Part shown: positions 51,909 to 64,000 of the stretch, in pieces
Layout: the number at the start of each line of letters is the position of its first letter
Numbering within the stretch: the stretch's first letter is position 1
Assembly (NCBI RefSeq): GCF_018977255.1
Contig: NW_024704743.1
Span: forward strand, 78,990,001 to 79,054,000
Source: Callorhinchus milii
Lineage: Eukaryota
Reading direction: 5' to 3'
DNA: 64,000 bases
The notes under the pieces: model-generated
What the model saw: only the letters and a program-made list of their open reading frames with translations
Told to the model about the DNA's origin: nothing
The model's database searches: none
Program-made: the position numbers and the translations under genes

Positions 51909-53018
51909 ATCCGATAGTTCTGAAATATGACATAATTGAATGAACTGCGTTCCATCATATCTTAAACTATCACAGTAGACAAGTGACGTGTGTTTCAACT
52001 CTTACCCACTGAAGAGTGTCTTCCTTATACATGATTTTGGATGTTTGGGAATGCATTACAGCCTCATTACAATCCATTTATTCACAGGTTATAATGCAAT
52101 TGCAGTGTGGATCCCATTCATTGCAGATGTGTGCAGCAGACCTGCTCAGTTCATACCTGTCAGCTAGTTCTCATGTGGGTCATCAGATCATTGCTGATGT
52201 CACTTCCTGCTTTACACTTCACATGGGAAGTGATGTCAGTGGCAAACAGATGATCTGGAAGTCAGTTATTTATTTTTTAGTCATTTTTCAGAGCGAGTTG
52301 GCCAGCTGTGGACTTTCACAGTGAAATTACTTATCATGCTTTGTTGTAGCACAAGTTGGGATTCTATGGATCACCACATTATAAAGGGGCTACGATGTCA
52401 TGTGTATACCACTCACATACCTTTGTACCAAGTTGGGTTACACGTTGACATCACTGGGATTTAAATCATGGCAATTTTAAACACAGTTTGTTAATTAAAG
52501 TATTCCAAAAGTCATTTGAACTCATGGGGACTCCCTCTGATGTGTCCTACTTTTGAAGAAGAGTTCCTATGAGTCTAGATTACATTATTTCAGTTGCTGG
52601 GAAGGAGTCATCACTAGGATTGCTCCCTTAATGGAAGTGAGACTGATTCAGTTGCTTCTCCTTTTATATCTGGGTCAGACGGTTGTGGATTCAATCCCTA
52701 CATCAGGACTTTGAGTTCATGTGGTCTGGGCTGATACTGCAATACAGAGGTGGGGGGTGTTCTCTGTTGTCAGAGGTGCCATTCTTCAGATATGACATGA
52801 AACCAAGGTTCCCTCTGCCTGTTCAGGATAATAAAGATCCTACTACTTGAATAGAGAAGGGGGTTTCTCTTGGTGTCCTGGCCAACAATCCTCCAGATAA
52901 AATCTGTGGGACACAAGTTGGCTGCCGCATTCACTCCAAAATAAAGTAATTATACTTCACAATATAATTGTGAAATCCTGTGCTGGGGGAGCACTGCATT
53001 GTTATAGGTGCTCAGCTC

Positions 53019-53754
53019 TGTTAGAAAATAAAATCAGCCAAATCTGCAAGGAAATAACGCTAATTCCTCTAACCAGATATCAGACTGTTTTATTATAATT
53101 CGTTCGTTATTCCCCAATATCCCGATGGGTCAGACCAAAGGCCGGTACAATCAACAGATCTTATAACAGAATAACACCACTATAGATATCTTGAGTTCAA
53201 GAGTTCAACACTGTGTCTTTACAGCACACAAGCTTGATTCTTCATGCTTTCAGTGTTCTTGCTTACAGTTTTCAATCTTCCATCTGATATCCTCAGTCTT
53301 AGTGTTTCCAGCTCTCAGTCTTCCACCTCTGTATCCTTGTCTCCGCGACCCGGGACGGCTCCATCTCCCGTATCCTTGTCTCCGCGACCCAGGATGTCTC
53401 CATCTCCCGTATCCTTGTCTCCGCGACCCGGGACGGCTCCATCTCCCGTATCCTTGTCTCCGCGACCCGGGACGGCCCCGTACACAAAGTTATCAGAACT
53501 CTTATACCAATATTCATCCAATCATGGTGCGGATATTAGATCACCCGGTCGAAATCATGCTGGGTTCACGTGAACACCTCATGGGGTGTACGTGCCTCAC
53601 ATACACAAACACACTGTCCTTGAGACAGTCCGTTATCTCGTGTACGTGCAGGGAGTTTCAGTCCAGCTGCCCACAACACACTTAACTTAAAAGTTAACCT
53701 GTTCGCAACATCTATTATGATTCTAACATTATACAAAAAGTGTAAATTCTAACA
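53019..53754 (-). mobile_element. Solo LTR, 736 bp
   Basis: Termini TGTTAGAA...TTCTAACA (8-bp inverted, TG..CA); 4-bp TSD GCTC at 53015-53018 and 53755-53758; minus-strand AATAAA near 53089-53094. Confidence 0.82.
53331..53476 (+). repeat. 39-bp CpG-rich minisatellite, about 3.7 copies, inside the LTR
   Basis: Unit gtatccttgtctccgcgacccgggacggctccatctccc starts at 53331, 53370, 53409 and 53448. Confidence 0.95.
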
Positions 53755-54166
53755 GCTCTCATCCTCAGATATGGTGCCCAACCAGAATTGTCAAGCACTT
53801 TAGGAGGTTCTCTCACCATGTAAATTGTACTGTATGTCCTTTGACGTCATAATCAAATGATAGGATTATTATTATATTGCTAGCTGTGACAACGCAGTTC
53901 TCCCAGATCACTAGATTGAAGTGTTAGCCTAGGCTATGGTTATCTATAACAAGCATTATAAAGTATAAAAAGCACCAAGTCAGATATTGAAAATAGTGCG
54001 TATCAAAACGTAGCTGCTATTGTTAATGAAGCAAGAGACTGGTCATAACATGTGCACTTAAGTAAATGTGGCAGTATATAACAAAAACAACAACAAGATT
54101 ACATTTATATAGCGCCTTTCACATCAGGAGGACATCGATATATAAACTCATGTTGGCTTTCTCTAG

Positions 54167-54212
54167 CTGGCCGAGGTGCAGAAGAGTGAAGAGGAGAAAG
54201 AACATTCAAGGG
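54167..54212 (+). CDS. fer1l4: exon 32 (short linker) LAEVQKSEEEKEHSR
   Basis: ctttctctag acceptor, gtaaga donor; purine-rich; phase 0 to 1. Confidence 0.65.
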
Positions 54213-54886
54213 GTAAGATTGTAATACTGAATTTTCTACAAATACATTCCTGTATTGAAGTGCTTTTTTGCGCATCGCACTAAAGCTCTGTCATCCATAT
54301 TCGTAAGCAAACTTCAAAAAAGATTGTGCAAGTATTACTCAGTGTCATGTTAAAGCACTTATCCCATCTCTACTGTAAAGTTATTTGATGTTGCTCTTTT
54401 GTTTCCATGTCCCCTGCATCAAGAGGGTTGGACAACAGCCTGCCCTCAAACCTTTGTCAGATTCAGCCACTGGGAGGCACCCAAGAGCAGCTCTAGTAAC
54501 TCACCTGCCACCTTTTTTCCCTTTTGAATGAGTGCTAACTTGCTCTGGAGAAATGGCAGAGGCCAGAAGCTCTCCATAGTGGGAATTTCAAGACTAAAGT
54601 GGTAATCCTGCACTCTGTGACAGATCACCACAAAGCACCAGCCTGCTGCCTTTACCTATATCAATTGTAATGTATTTCTGCAGGAAATGTTTATTTTGAT
54701 GCTTTTGTTTAGCTTTTAAGGAAAAAAAATCACAGTGTAGCCAATGTGAACTAATCACGTTCTGTACATGGAAATATAGGAATGTGTAAAACCATAGCGG
54801 TTAATCTGGCCACAGGAGATCTTTCAAAGATGTTGAAAGTTAGAAAGTACAGCATAATTTACAATGTCTGTCTCATGTATATTCAG

Positions 54887-54975
54887 CACAAGCACAAGAA
54901 GGACGGCAAGAAGAAACTCAGGATGAGAACAGAAGGAAGCAGATGAGTAGAGAGAAGCCCAAAGTGTCCCTGAAG
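54887..54975 (+). CDS. fer1l4: exon 33 QAQEGRQEETQDENRRKQMSREKPKVSLK
   Basis: attcag acceptor, gtgctt donor; ends with LK before IY..ELE as in ferlins; phase 1 to 0. Confidence 0.75.
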
Positions 54976-56415
54976 GTGCTTTCAAATACCTTTATTATTT
55001 CTAAAGATGCTGCAAATCAGCAACAAATTCTGCACAACAGATCACAGAGGCCCACTGAGATACCAAGAATAGTATCTTACTGAGATAGAGAGAATGAGCC
55101 AGGGACAAGACTTTCAGACATACTGAGGGAGAAGGAGAAGATAACACAGGGTTGTCTTGTGAAGCGTTGTGAAGGGTAAATTTAGGATAGAGATCTTCTG
55201 TTAATTTTTTACATAATGTGTAACTAACATCTGGAACGGGTTATCAGGTGTGGTTGCGGCCGGGACGTGAATATCTCAAACTGCAATGGAAATAGAGTAA
55301 GATTTGCATTCTGAAATGGAACGAAGAGATCAAATGAGCAGAAATGCCTTTTCTAACCACATCTCTCTTGTGACGTACCCCTTCCCTCAACCCTCTCCCA
55401 CACCCCTTGTAACCTTGGTAAAGTGAATGGGTCTGAAGGATTCGCAATTCAGGTGCTCTGGGATGCTACCCTGGGCTACTGTATAAATGCAAGTTGTTGT
55501 TGAAGCTTCATTTTTACCCCTAAAAGTGGTGTTTTAACCCCACACAGCAGGAGCACTGAGTTCAGTTGAATTTGTTAAATAGAAACCTGTCTCAATAATA
55601 GCAGATTACACCAGGGCTCCAGGGATCACAAACCCAAGATGGTGGCAGCCGATGGTGGCCATGGCCTTGCCAGGGGACAACCAGCAATGATTGACAAGTG
55701 GCTTAATATAAAGGGATAATTGTGAGATGGAACTTGCAGCATTTCATAATGTCTTCCTGGTAAAATTTATCCCAAGTATCGCCCTACGAAATGTTATACA
55801 TTTCACTCCATTGTTAGAGCTGATGAAATCCCAGCAGCCGTTAATAAACATTCATGCTGTGTCCTGAAGGTTTAAAAATAAATTGTTATACTGCAAATGA
55901 AGAGTGAGACAATAATGCTGCGTGACAGACTTCGCTTAGCTCCAGCTTCCAGTGTCTGCTATCCACTCAATGAAGCTTCGGTATGATTTTTAAGTCATAA
56001 AATCTTGCTCATAGAGATTCTCAATTCCCAGACGCTAACTCTGTCAGGTGTTTTTCTGAACAAGGTTTATTGGCAGGGCTACTTCAGTCTGATCAATGAG
56101 TCTCAAACTTTACTTTGGTCTCATCAGACACACTCATCAAAATTAAATTAATAATAATGTGGTCCCTCAATCCAATACTGTTTGTGGGACACTGCTGTGC
56201 ACAATTAGCTGCCATGTTTTGCCCACAAAATACACAATTAATTCACTTTATAGTATATTTTGTGAAGTGCTTTGAGATGTCACAATGACATGATAAGGCG
56301 TTATATCAAATGTAAGGATTATTATTATTATCAATGACAACACTCCCCTGAGTTAGGAAAAGTAGCTCTTAATTTCAAAACCTTTGAGAATCCTAATGGC
56401 AGAAACTGTTCACAG

Positions 56416-56544
56416 ATCTATGGAAGAGAACTGGAGAAGGAGTTTGATCAATTTGAAGACTGGCTATGTATCTTCCCTTTGTGCAAGGGGAAAGCCAGCC
56501 TTGATGATGATGACAGTGTTAATCGAATTACAGGGAAATTTAAG
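56416..56544 (+). CDS. fer1l4: exon 34 IYGRELEKEFDQFEDWLCIFPLCKGK...GKFK
   Basis: ELE.EF..FEDWL and GKFK motifs. Confidence 0.95.
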
Positions 56545-57129
56545 GTTGGTCTTATTGGTTTCTATGGGGGATTGGTCAGAACACCTGGAGAAATTCCCTT
56601 CTCTTACAATCATGTCTTGGGATATTTAACATCCACTTGACATACAGATGGGACCTAAATTTTAATGTTTCTCCTTAAGTATGTCATCTCCAACACTGCA
56701 GCACTCTCCCCAATGCTGAACTGGAGAGTCAGCTTAGAAGACTATGGGCTCAAATCCCAATATTTGGGCTTGAACACACAACTGTCTGACCCGATGTGAG
56801 AGAGCTAATAACTGAGCTGACACCTTGCTCATTGCTCAGTTGTGGCAATGTGTTGGTAAGTAACAGCTCTGAGATGCTACCTCATGTGAAGAGCATTATA
56901 TAAATACAAGTTGTTGTTGAAATGCACAAATTTTGGCAGCCAGTTTCTTTGCAATTGAAACTCTACATTGGTGTGAGCGAAGTGACTTCAAAGTTACCTT
57001 TGCAGGTAGAATTCTCTGATCAGCCTCCAAACTCACCAAAAATACGGCTTCTTTCAGAAACTTCAGAAACTGTAAGTTTTTACAATTCTGAAAAATAAAT
57101 GGATTTAAAAGACTAACTTTGGCTTTTAG

Positions 57130-57246
57130 GGTTCCTTTTGCCTGTATCCAGATTCAGACAGTGAAGAAGGCAGCGAGTACAAGATCATGAGGGGAATTCT
57201 TACTAACACTCCTGTGAAGGTATTGGTCAGGGTTTATGTGATAGAG
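57130..57246 (+). CDS. fer1l4: exon 35 GSFCLYP...GILTNTPVKVLVRVYVIE
   Basis: GSFC.Y and VLVRVYV motifs (start of C2E). Confidence 0.95.
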
Positions 57247-57689
57247 GTGAGAATGACTTTTTATTTTCATTACCTCCGTAATAAAAGATTTTGTTTCGCC
57301 CACAAAAAATACAGTCATTATACTTTACAGTATATTCTGTGAAGCACTTTGAGACATCTCGAAGAAGTGATAAGGCGCTATATCGGGTACAAGGATTATT
57401 ATTATTATAATCCATAGTACTTTCAAACAGGGATTGCATTTTGCTGCTTTGCCAATCTCTTGCTGTAATTCTTCACAATTGTAACTGCATTCCTGATGCA
57501 ATGATGGCTAAATATGGAGAATATGTTTTCATAAGGGTCTTATTAAACTTTTTTGACGATGTCTTTGTAAAGTTCGCCTACAGGCAGGACATTATATAAA
57601 TGTAAGCTGCTGTTGTTAATATGTCAATAATTTTATTATTTTATTATGAGTACTCAGGAGAATTATCACGTCTTTGCTTTTGTTGTAAG

Positions 57690-57817
57690 GCCACCCACCT
57701 AGCTCCTGCAGACCCAGATGGGAAAGTGGATCCGTATCTGACAATTACCTTAGGCAACAATGTGATCTCTACAAAGGAGCGTTACATTCCCAAACAGCTC
57801 AATCCTGTATTTGGAGA
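57690..57817 (+). CDS. fer1l4: exon 36 (C2E) ATHLAPADPDGKVDPYL...YIPKQLNPVFG
   Basis: PADPDGK.DPY and YIPKQLNPVFG hallmarks; 128 nt. Confidence 0.96.
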
Positions 57818-58002
57818 GTAAGTACTGCTGTTCTCTTACAATTGAAATGGGAAGGGATCTGGGTGGAAAGGGAAGCAGGGATCATTCGGTCTGGGTTTCA
57901 TTCTCTGCACCAGCAAAGGGTTTCATTACATCTCAATTTGAGCCCTGTATTGCCATGTATTGCAACATGGAGTTTTAGCCACATCTTACAATGACATGTG
58001 TT

Positions 58003-58434
58003 TCAGCCTGGCTCAGTGGTAGCACTATTGCCCCTGAATCAGAAGGTTGTGTGTTCAAGCCCCATGTTGGTCTTGGAATCACATCGTCTAAATTGACATT
58101 TCAAAGCAGTGCTGTGTTGGTTGCATTGTTGGAGGCGCCGTACTTTGGATGAGATGGTAAACCGAGGTCCAATCTGCCTGTTCAGGTGGACGTTAAAGGT
58201 CCCATTACACTATTTGAAAAGAGAAGGGAATTTCTCACAATGCCTTGGCTAACAATCCCCCAAATAAAATTGGTCATTCACTTCATAGCTGTTTGTGAGA
58301 CATTTCTGTGTGCAACTGGCTGCCACGTTTGGCCCACAAATACACAGTTAATCCACTTTACAGCATATACTATTAATGCTTTGAGACATCTCAATGACGT
58401 GATAAGGCGCTATACCAGATGCAAGGATTATTAT
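58003..58434 (+). mobile_element. Long, older tRNA-Deu-L2 SINE, near full length
   Basis: cagcctggctcagtggtagcact...tgaatcagaaggttgtgtgttcaagcccc head; ggatgagatggtaaaccgagg...gttcaggtggacgttaaag core; gcgctataccagatgcaaggattatta tail. Confidence 0.82.
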
Positions 58435-59324
58435 AGCATGTGCTTAACTGGTGTCCACTCAGTGGTGAGGCATTGCATAACGAGTTACTTCATCGGAGCT
58501 GAAAGAAGATATGTGGAAATAAAGAGGAAGAGACTATTTGAGAACGCCAATAGCACAATGAGCTCTGCTTTAAGAGTTGCAAACTTATAGTGACCCTGAT
58601 TTCACTTTAGATTACCTTAAATCAATGTATCACAAGTTTTTAGAAACAGTCTGAAAGGAATTTAGGCAGTGGATGAAAATTGTAATGTGATGATTATTCC
58701 TGGTGATAGTTTTCAACAAGAAGCCCAGTCAATAATAAGTCTGACAATGAGTGTGACTCCTCCTGCCAACAACTCCCATCACAATGATTACCTGGCACGG
58801 TGCCACCCACAAATTAGAATGATAGCCTGTGGGATTATGGTTTATTTAAAAACAGCACTCTGTTTATCCAGTATCCCATGAACCAGCAAATTCAATGGTC
58901 TTCATAGATCAGCTTCAAGCCCATTTATTATGCCAGAGTTGAGAGAGGGTGGTCTCATTAGTTGCCAATCTAGTTATTGACTGGCCTCATTGCCTGGATT
59001 CAGCTCTGGCAACAATCAATACATCACGTGGCACATATTTTTAACTGGAAAACAATCTCTGGCATTCAATTCTTTCAAAAGGGTTTCATCTGAAATGCTG
59101 ACATGTCTTTCTCTTTTGGATGCTCATTTTCTGCTGTACTTTTTCAGGATCTTGTTCTTACGCCAAAAGCGAATATTGCAGAGAAAATAACTAATAATCT
59201 GTGTGACACCTTCCCTCCCCCACAATAGCTTGGTCACAAAGTCAGCCCGAAGACGATGACTGATGCCATTGGAATACACAACCACAGAATGTGCAATTGA
59301 GAGATTCACATTGACTTTGGTCCC

Positions 59325-60140
59325 AACAACAACAACAACTTGCATTTATATAGCCCCCTTCATGTGGGATAGCGTCCCGGAGAGCTTGACAATGGCAGAG
59401 TCTGACACCGAGCCAGGGGAAGAGGGAGGGGGGGTGACCGTAAGCACAATTAAAAAGAAAGGTCTTTAAGCAGGATTTGAAGGTGGGAGAGACTGGGCAA
59501 GACAGAGGGATTAAGAGAGAGAGTTCCAGAGTTTCGGGGCATAGTGGTTGTAGGCAAGGCCACCGATGGTGGAGCGGAGGGGACAAGGGACAAACGTGAG
59601 GCCAGAGCCAGCCAAGTGGAAGCAGCAGGTGGTGTAGTGGGGGATAAGCAGATTGGATAGCTAAGGAGGTGTGAGGGCATGAAAGCATTTGAAAATGAGT
59701 GAGTGGATCTTGAAATCAATCCGTTCGGTAATTGGGAGCCAGTGAAGCCTGAAAAGGATTGGTGTGAAGGGGGTACAGAGTTTTGTGCGGGTCAGTATCC
59801 AGGTGGCAAAGTTTTGGATTAATTGAATTTTGTGTATGGCGAGGAGGGTATTGGAACATTACAGCCGGAAAGTGACAAAGCCGTAGAAGAGGATTTCGGC
59901 TGCTCTGGTTGTGATGTACAGACAGGCGGGCAATGTGACGGAGGTGGAAAAAAGTGGTCCTGGTCAGGGAATGGATATGAGGTAGAAAGGAAAGTTGGAG
60001 ATCGAACATGATGCCTGAGTTGCGCATGGATTCTGTGAGTCTGAGGGCGAGCATAGGGGAAATTGAGGAGTTCAGACCTGCAGGAGAACCAAAGAGAATG
60101 GCTTCTGTCTTGCCGACATTCAGCTACAGGAAATTTGCAC
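59325..60140 (-). mobile_element. L2-type LINE 3' fragment, decayed
   Basis: Minus-strand frames give RNSGIMFDLQLSFLPHIHSLTRTTFFHLRHIARL and FKSCLKTFLF; (TTG)n tail at 59325. Confidence 0.85.
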
Positions 60141-60509
60141 ACATGCAGCAGCAGCGGCAGCAGAAGCAACAGCAGCAGGAGGCGGAGGAGCAGCAGCAGG
60201 AGGAGGAGGGTTAATCTAAAGACTTATTTTTAATATAAAAAAAGCACAAATATACTCCCATTTAGAGGATGAGTGTTCATAACTGGAACAGTAGCCATGC
60301 TAACAAACTGAGGCACAGCACCCCTATTCTATAAAAGAAATGAGTGCATAAATTGTGTTTTTAAAAAAGGAAAATGTTTCATTATGACTTTTTTTGGAAA
60401 GCATTGAAAAGTATAGAATGCAACCATCAAGAACAGTATTGCTAGGATTAAAATGCAAAATGTAGTAGCCAAAATATTTAGTAGCAGCAGCAGCAGCAGC
60501 ACTATTATT

Positions 60510-61005
60510 ACTATTAGTCGTCGAAAGGACGTCACAAGGCGCTGGACTGACAGAGTTACAGACCTGAGCTGGGGGTCGGGGTGGAGGAGGGTGGAGGGCA
60601 GAGGGGGGAAGCAGGGAGATGGAATGCACGGTCAAAGAGGATACATGTGGAAGTTGACCCCATGTTTGCAGCACCTGATAGAGAGCATGTAGATAAGGAA
60701 GAGAAGGGGGCCAAGGATGGAGCCTTGTAGTACCTACAGGTGACCGGGCAGGGGAAGGAGAAAAACTTATTTGCCAAGATGTATTGCTGACAGTTTGTTT
60801 AGCAGGAATCAAACCATGTGAGTGCAGTCCCACTAAGGTGGATGAGGGAGGAGAGGCGATGGAGGAGGATGGCGTGATCGACTGTGTTGAATACGGCGGA
60901 TAGGTCTAATAGTGCGAGGAGGCAGAGGGAACCCTGGTCACAGAGAAAGAGAGAGAGGACATCATTTGTTACTTTGACAAGCGCTGTATTTGTGCTGTGG
61001 GCAGC
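60510..61005 (-). mobile_element. L2-type LINE mosaic (RT fragment plus 3' end)
   Basis: ORF 60799-61080 has HSTNTALVKVTND...LLDLSAVFNTVDHAILLHRL. Confidence 0.75.
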
Positions 61006-61584
61006 CAGTCTGTAAATTGTAATGCTATCCTTTAAACCTTTTGGATTGCTCTGCTGTTCACCCACACTATATAAGTGCAAGTTGTTGTTGTTGTTGATGA
61101 TGGCAAATTCTCATTTTTCTTCAGTCAAGAAGACCCTGTCACTGAGAGAGTTAAAATACCTGAACATCATCTTGGTAATTGTTAGCGATGTGTGTGAAAG
61201 AATGGGTGGGACTCCAGGAAATTCATAATAAATATAGATAGGCCCAATGTAGCCAGAATAATGCACACTGAACTAAGGGACATATGTGATAATGTAATTA
61301 TAGACCTCATTTTTGCTTCTTGAAAATACATACAAGCTGTGTAGTTACACAAATTCTATTCCACATTTTGATAGGCAGTTCCATTCCATTAGCTTTGATA
61401 TGTGCCATGCCACGATTTGGGAGCAAGACAATAATTAGTTCACCGTGGGCCATATGAGCAAGGAGGATGTGGCTGAAGTGTAATGAGCAGCATGTATAAT
61501 ATATCCAAGCTGTTCTGAGCATTTGTTTTGACTTTTCTGATGCTGTATTATTGTTTGAAGTCCCCTTTGTTCATTTGCGCACAG

Positions 61585-61755
61585 GTGCTTTGAGATGACT
61601 GCAAACTTTCCACTGGAGACCGAGTTAACAGTTACACTTATGGATTATGATACACTCACCAGTGATGACTTGATTGGCCAAACCAAGATAGACCTGGAGA
61701 ATCGGTTTTACACCAAACACTATGCCCTCTGTGGCCTGCAACAGATGTACAACAT
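61585..61755 (+). CDS. fer1l4: exon 37 (C2E) CFEMTANFPLETELTVTLMDYDTLTSDDLIGQTKIDLENRFY...CGL
   Basis: D.D....DDLIG.TKIDLENRFY hallmark; 171 nt. Confidence 0.96.
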
Positions 61756-62850
61756 GTCAGTATGAGGCTTCTTATGTTGCATTATCCACTCTCCAATATG
61801 GTCATTAAAGTACATACCAGGGGCTAATTGTCAAAAGTCGTGATTTTTAACTAGTTACTTGTAATACACTGTTATTGTTAATGATCAGAGTAAGCTAGAT
61901 GCCGTTGGAGTTTAGGAAAATATGAAAGTAATTCTATATACATTTCACCTTGACGGGCACAACATTGCCCTATTAAAATAAATCTGAGTTATGGGATGAA
62001 ATGATCTCACCAATCTGGAGATGAAGTGGTCTCAACTAAGATCTTTCTTATACCATGGTCTGAAGTCATTACAGGGTTAATTACATACTTAGCAAAGGAA
62101 TGTCAGAATCAAGCCCACCCTCTGTGTTCCTGAGTCAGGTGGGTCCACAGTACTCCAAGGCACTGCTGATGATAGCCCAGCCAGCCTGACATGGAAAGGC
62201 AGACCAGTCACTGGGGGTAGGGAGTCATCCAACTCAGGTCAATGCAATTGACCTGATTCATCCTGTTAACCCTGCAAGCCAAAGTCCAAATGGGTAGGGT
62301 CATCCTAGCTGGTGAAGAAGTGGGAAAGCTTGTCAGACAGTGCTCTCAGACGCAAGCTATGTGGTTTTAATAGTACCCCAATGCACACTACAGAGTCCCC
62401 AAGATTTGGCTCTTGCCAACCTGTCCCTAATACTCTCCAGAATTAGGTAAGCAGAATATGTGCCTCCAGGGAGAGATTCCAAAACACAGCTCTGGAATTT
62501 CCATGTATAGGGAGATGCATGGAACTTTATTTGGTTTGGATACTCTTAAGTATGGTAATTGGTTTCCACATGTGTCAGTCACCCAGCTGACCAAAAAAAT
62601 ACTGGGTTCAGTAATCGTGTTACATGTTGCATTCATTCATCATGTGTTTGTTTTTGTGTGGCTGCTTTGAAGGTTTTGTAAGCCTTCATCTTATAATACA
62701 TTGATCCACAGAAATGTCAATTGTGCTGTCCAAACCAATATATTTTTCTACTTTTTATTGTGTGTGTGTTTGTAGAGGACGTGCTACAAATTATAATCCT
62801 GCTTTTCTGAGGTTGAATCATTGTTTGAAATCTGTTCAATTCACCTGCAG

Positions 62851-63020
62851 CTCAGGATATAATGCGTGGCGAGATGCACAAGTTCCATCTCAGGTATTAA
62901 TAAAACTGTGCAAAGAGTATAACCTGTCAGACCCTTTGTACACCGACAATGAAGTCAAGATCAAGATCACTGCTGAAAGTACCATCGTCTTCAGAATACC
63001 AGATAACATCTTACAATATG
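62851..63020 (+). CDS. fer1l4: exon 38 SGYNAWRDAQVPSQVLIKLCK...NILQY
   Basis: GYNAWRD...PSQ.L..LC motif; gtaatc donor. Confidence 0.94.
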
Positions 63021-63104
63021 GTAATCACCTGCTATTAATCTCTTCTCATCTCTCCTTCAGTGTATATTAAACTGACGAACCACTGATGTATTAATGTATT
63101 AATT

Positions 63105-63385
63105 CTCGCGCTTTGCAAGCGAGAGACCTGGGTTCGATTCCTGGCAGGGTGAAACCTTGGGCAAGTTTCCTTACTCCACACGCCTGATAATAATCCCTCA
63201 TAAAAACAACAATAAATTGATCATTTCAATCCATGATTGTTTGTGGGACACTGCTGTGCGCAATTGGCTGCTGCATTTCACCCACAAATATACAGTCAAT
63301 TCACTTTACAGCATATTCTGTGAAGCGCTTTGAGACGTCTAGAAGACGTGAAAAGCGCTATATCAAATGCAAGGATTATTATTAT
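63105..63385 (+). mobile_element. Short-family SINE, 5'-truncated
   Basis: gctttgcaagcgagagacctgggttcgattcc...aggattattatta. Confidence 0.9.
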
Positions 63386-63540
63386 AATGAGAAATCCAGA
63401 TCATGATCCTACATCAATTTTATAATGGGCCGTCAAAGAGCTCTTTATAGACCTATTCCTGCACGTTCTTTTCCAGGAAACTGGCATTCTCAGAATTTAA
63501 CCCCATGACTTAATTGCATTGACCTTTTGTGTAACTGTAG

Positions 63541-63686
63541 GTAAAACTGAAGAGGAAAAGCTACAAAATAAAGCCTTGTATGTGCTTCACAACTGGCAGG
63601 ACATGCCGGTGGTTGGTATCGAGTTAGTCCCTGAGCACGTTGAGATCAGGGCACTTCACAATCCTGAGAAACCTGGTTTAGATCAG
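63541..63686 (+). CDS. fer1l4: exon 39 KTEEEKLQNKALYVLHNWQDMP...LVPEHVEIRALHNPEKPGLDQ
   Basis: LVPEHVE.R.L.NP.KPG..Q hallmark; gtaagc donor; the gene continues beyond the window. Confidence 0.95.
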
Positions 63687-64000
63687 GTAAGCTAACATCA
63701 TTCTGCAGCACAAAGTGGCTCCTGTGACAATTCCTACCATTAACAATCCACTAGATAAAATTGTTCACTGTTTGTGCTGCTTGCATATTGGCTGCCGTGT
63801 TCACCTCCAGTCACTATAATATGCAGAAAACCCTGTGAAACACTTTGTTGAGGTGACAAGGTGCTATATCACCTTGTTAGCGCCTTGGGATGTCCTCCTG
63901 ATGTGAAGGGCGCTATACACATGTAATTTTGTATTGTATTTTGTATATCAAATGAAAGAATTACTGTTATTAATTTTTTAAGGGAAATTTTTTTTGCCAA

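Noticed and set aside
53331..53476. CRISPR-like regular repeats and repetitive ORFs (53191-53685, 53244-53573)
   Set aside because: Contiguous 39-bp units with no unique spacers, no cas genes and a vertebrate context; this is a minisatellite within an LTR.
60145..60210. CAG/GAG-rich tract encoding poly-Q/E
   Set aside because: Low-complexity sequence at an L2 boundary, without splice signals that fit the exon 36-37 phase.

Overview
Vertebrate genomic DNA, + strand. The repeat content (CR1 and L2 LINE fragments, tRNA-Deu-L2 SINEs, a shark-type Penelope-like terminus) suggests a cartilaginous fish, probably a chimaera; this is an inference. Two type-II ferlin genes lie head-to-tail on the + strand. 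The first is represented by the last coding exon of a FER1L6-like gene (2606-2786; TM anchor and stop). The second starts 5.4 kb later and is a FER1L4-like gene. I traced 39 GT-AG exons for it from the ATG at 8191 to 63686 (4932 nt, 1644 codons, phases consistent, no stops; exons 5-7 have less certain boundaries), and it continues past the window end. Domains run C2A, C2B, FerI, C2C, FerA, FerB, C2D, C2DE and C2E, with no DysF. The introns are filled with retroelements. Highlights: the fer1l6/fer1l4-like tandem; a 223-bp palindromic insertion carrying two back-to-back degenerate minimal hammerhead-ribozyme motifs with a perfect 16-bp target-site duplication (45006-45228); a solo LTR with a CpG-rich 39-bp minisatellite (53019-53754); and two SINE families that share a 3' half but differ in their tRNA head. 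Almost all ORFs in the supplied track are spurious or TE-derived. Family assignments come from recalled sequences, not from database searches.
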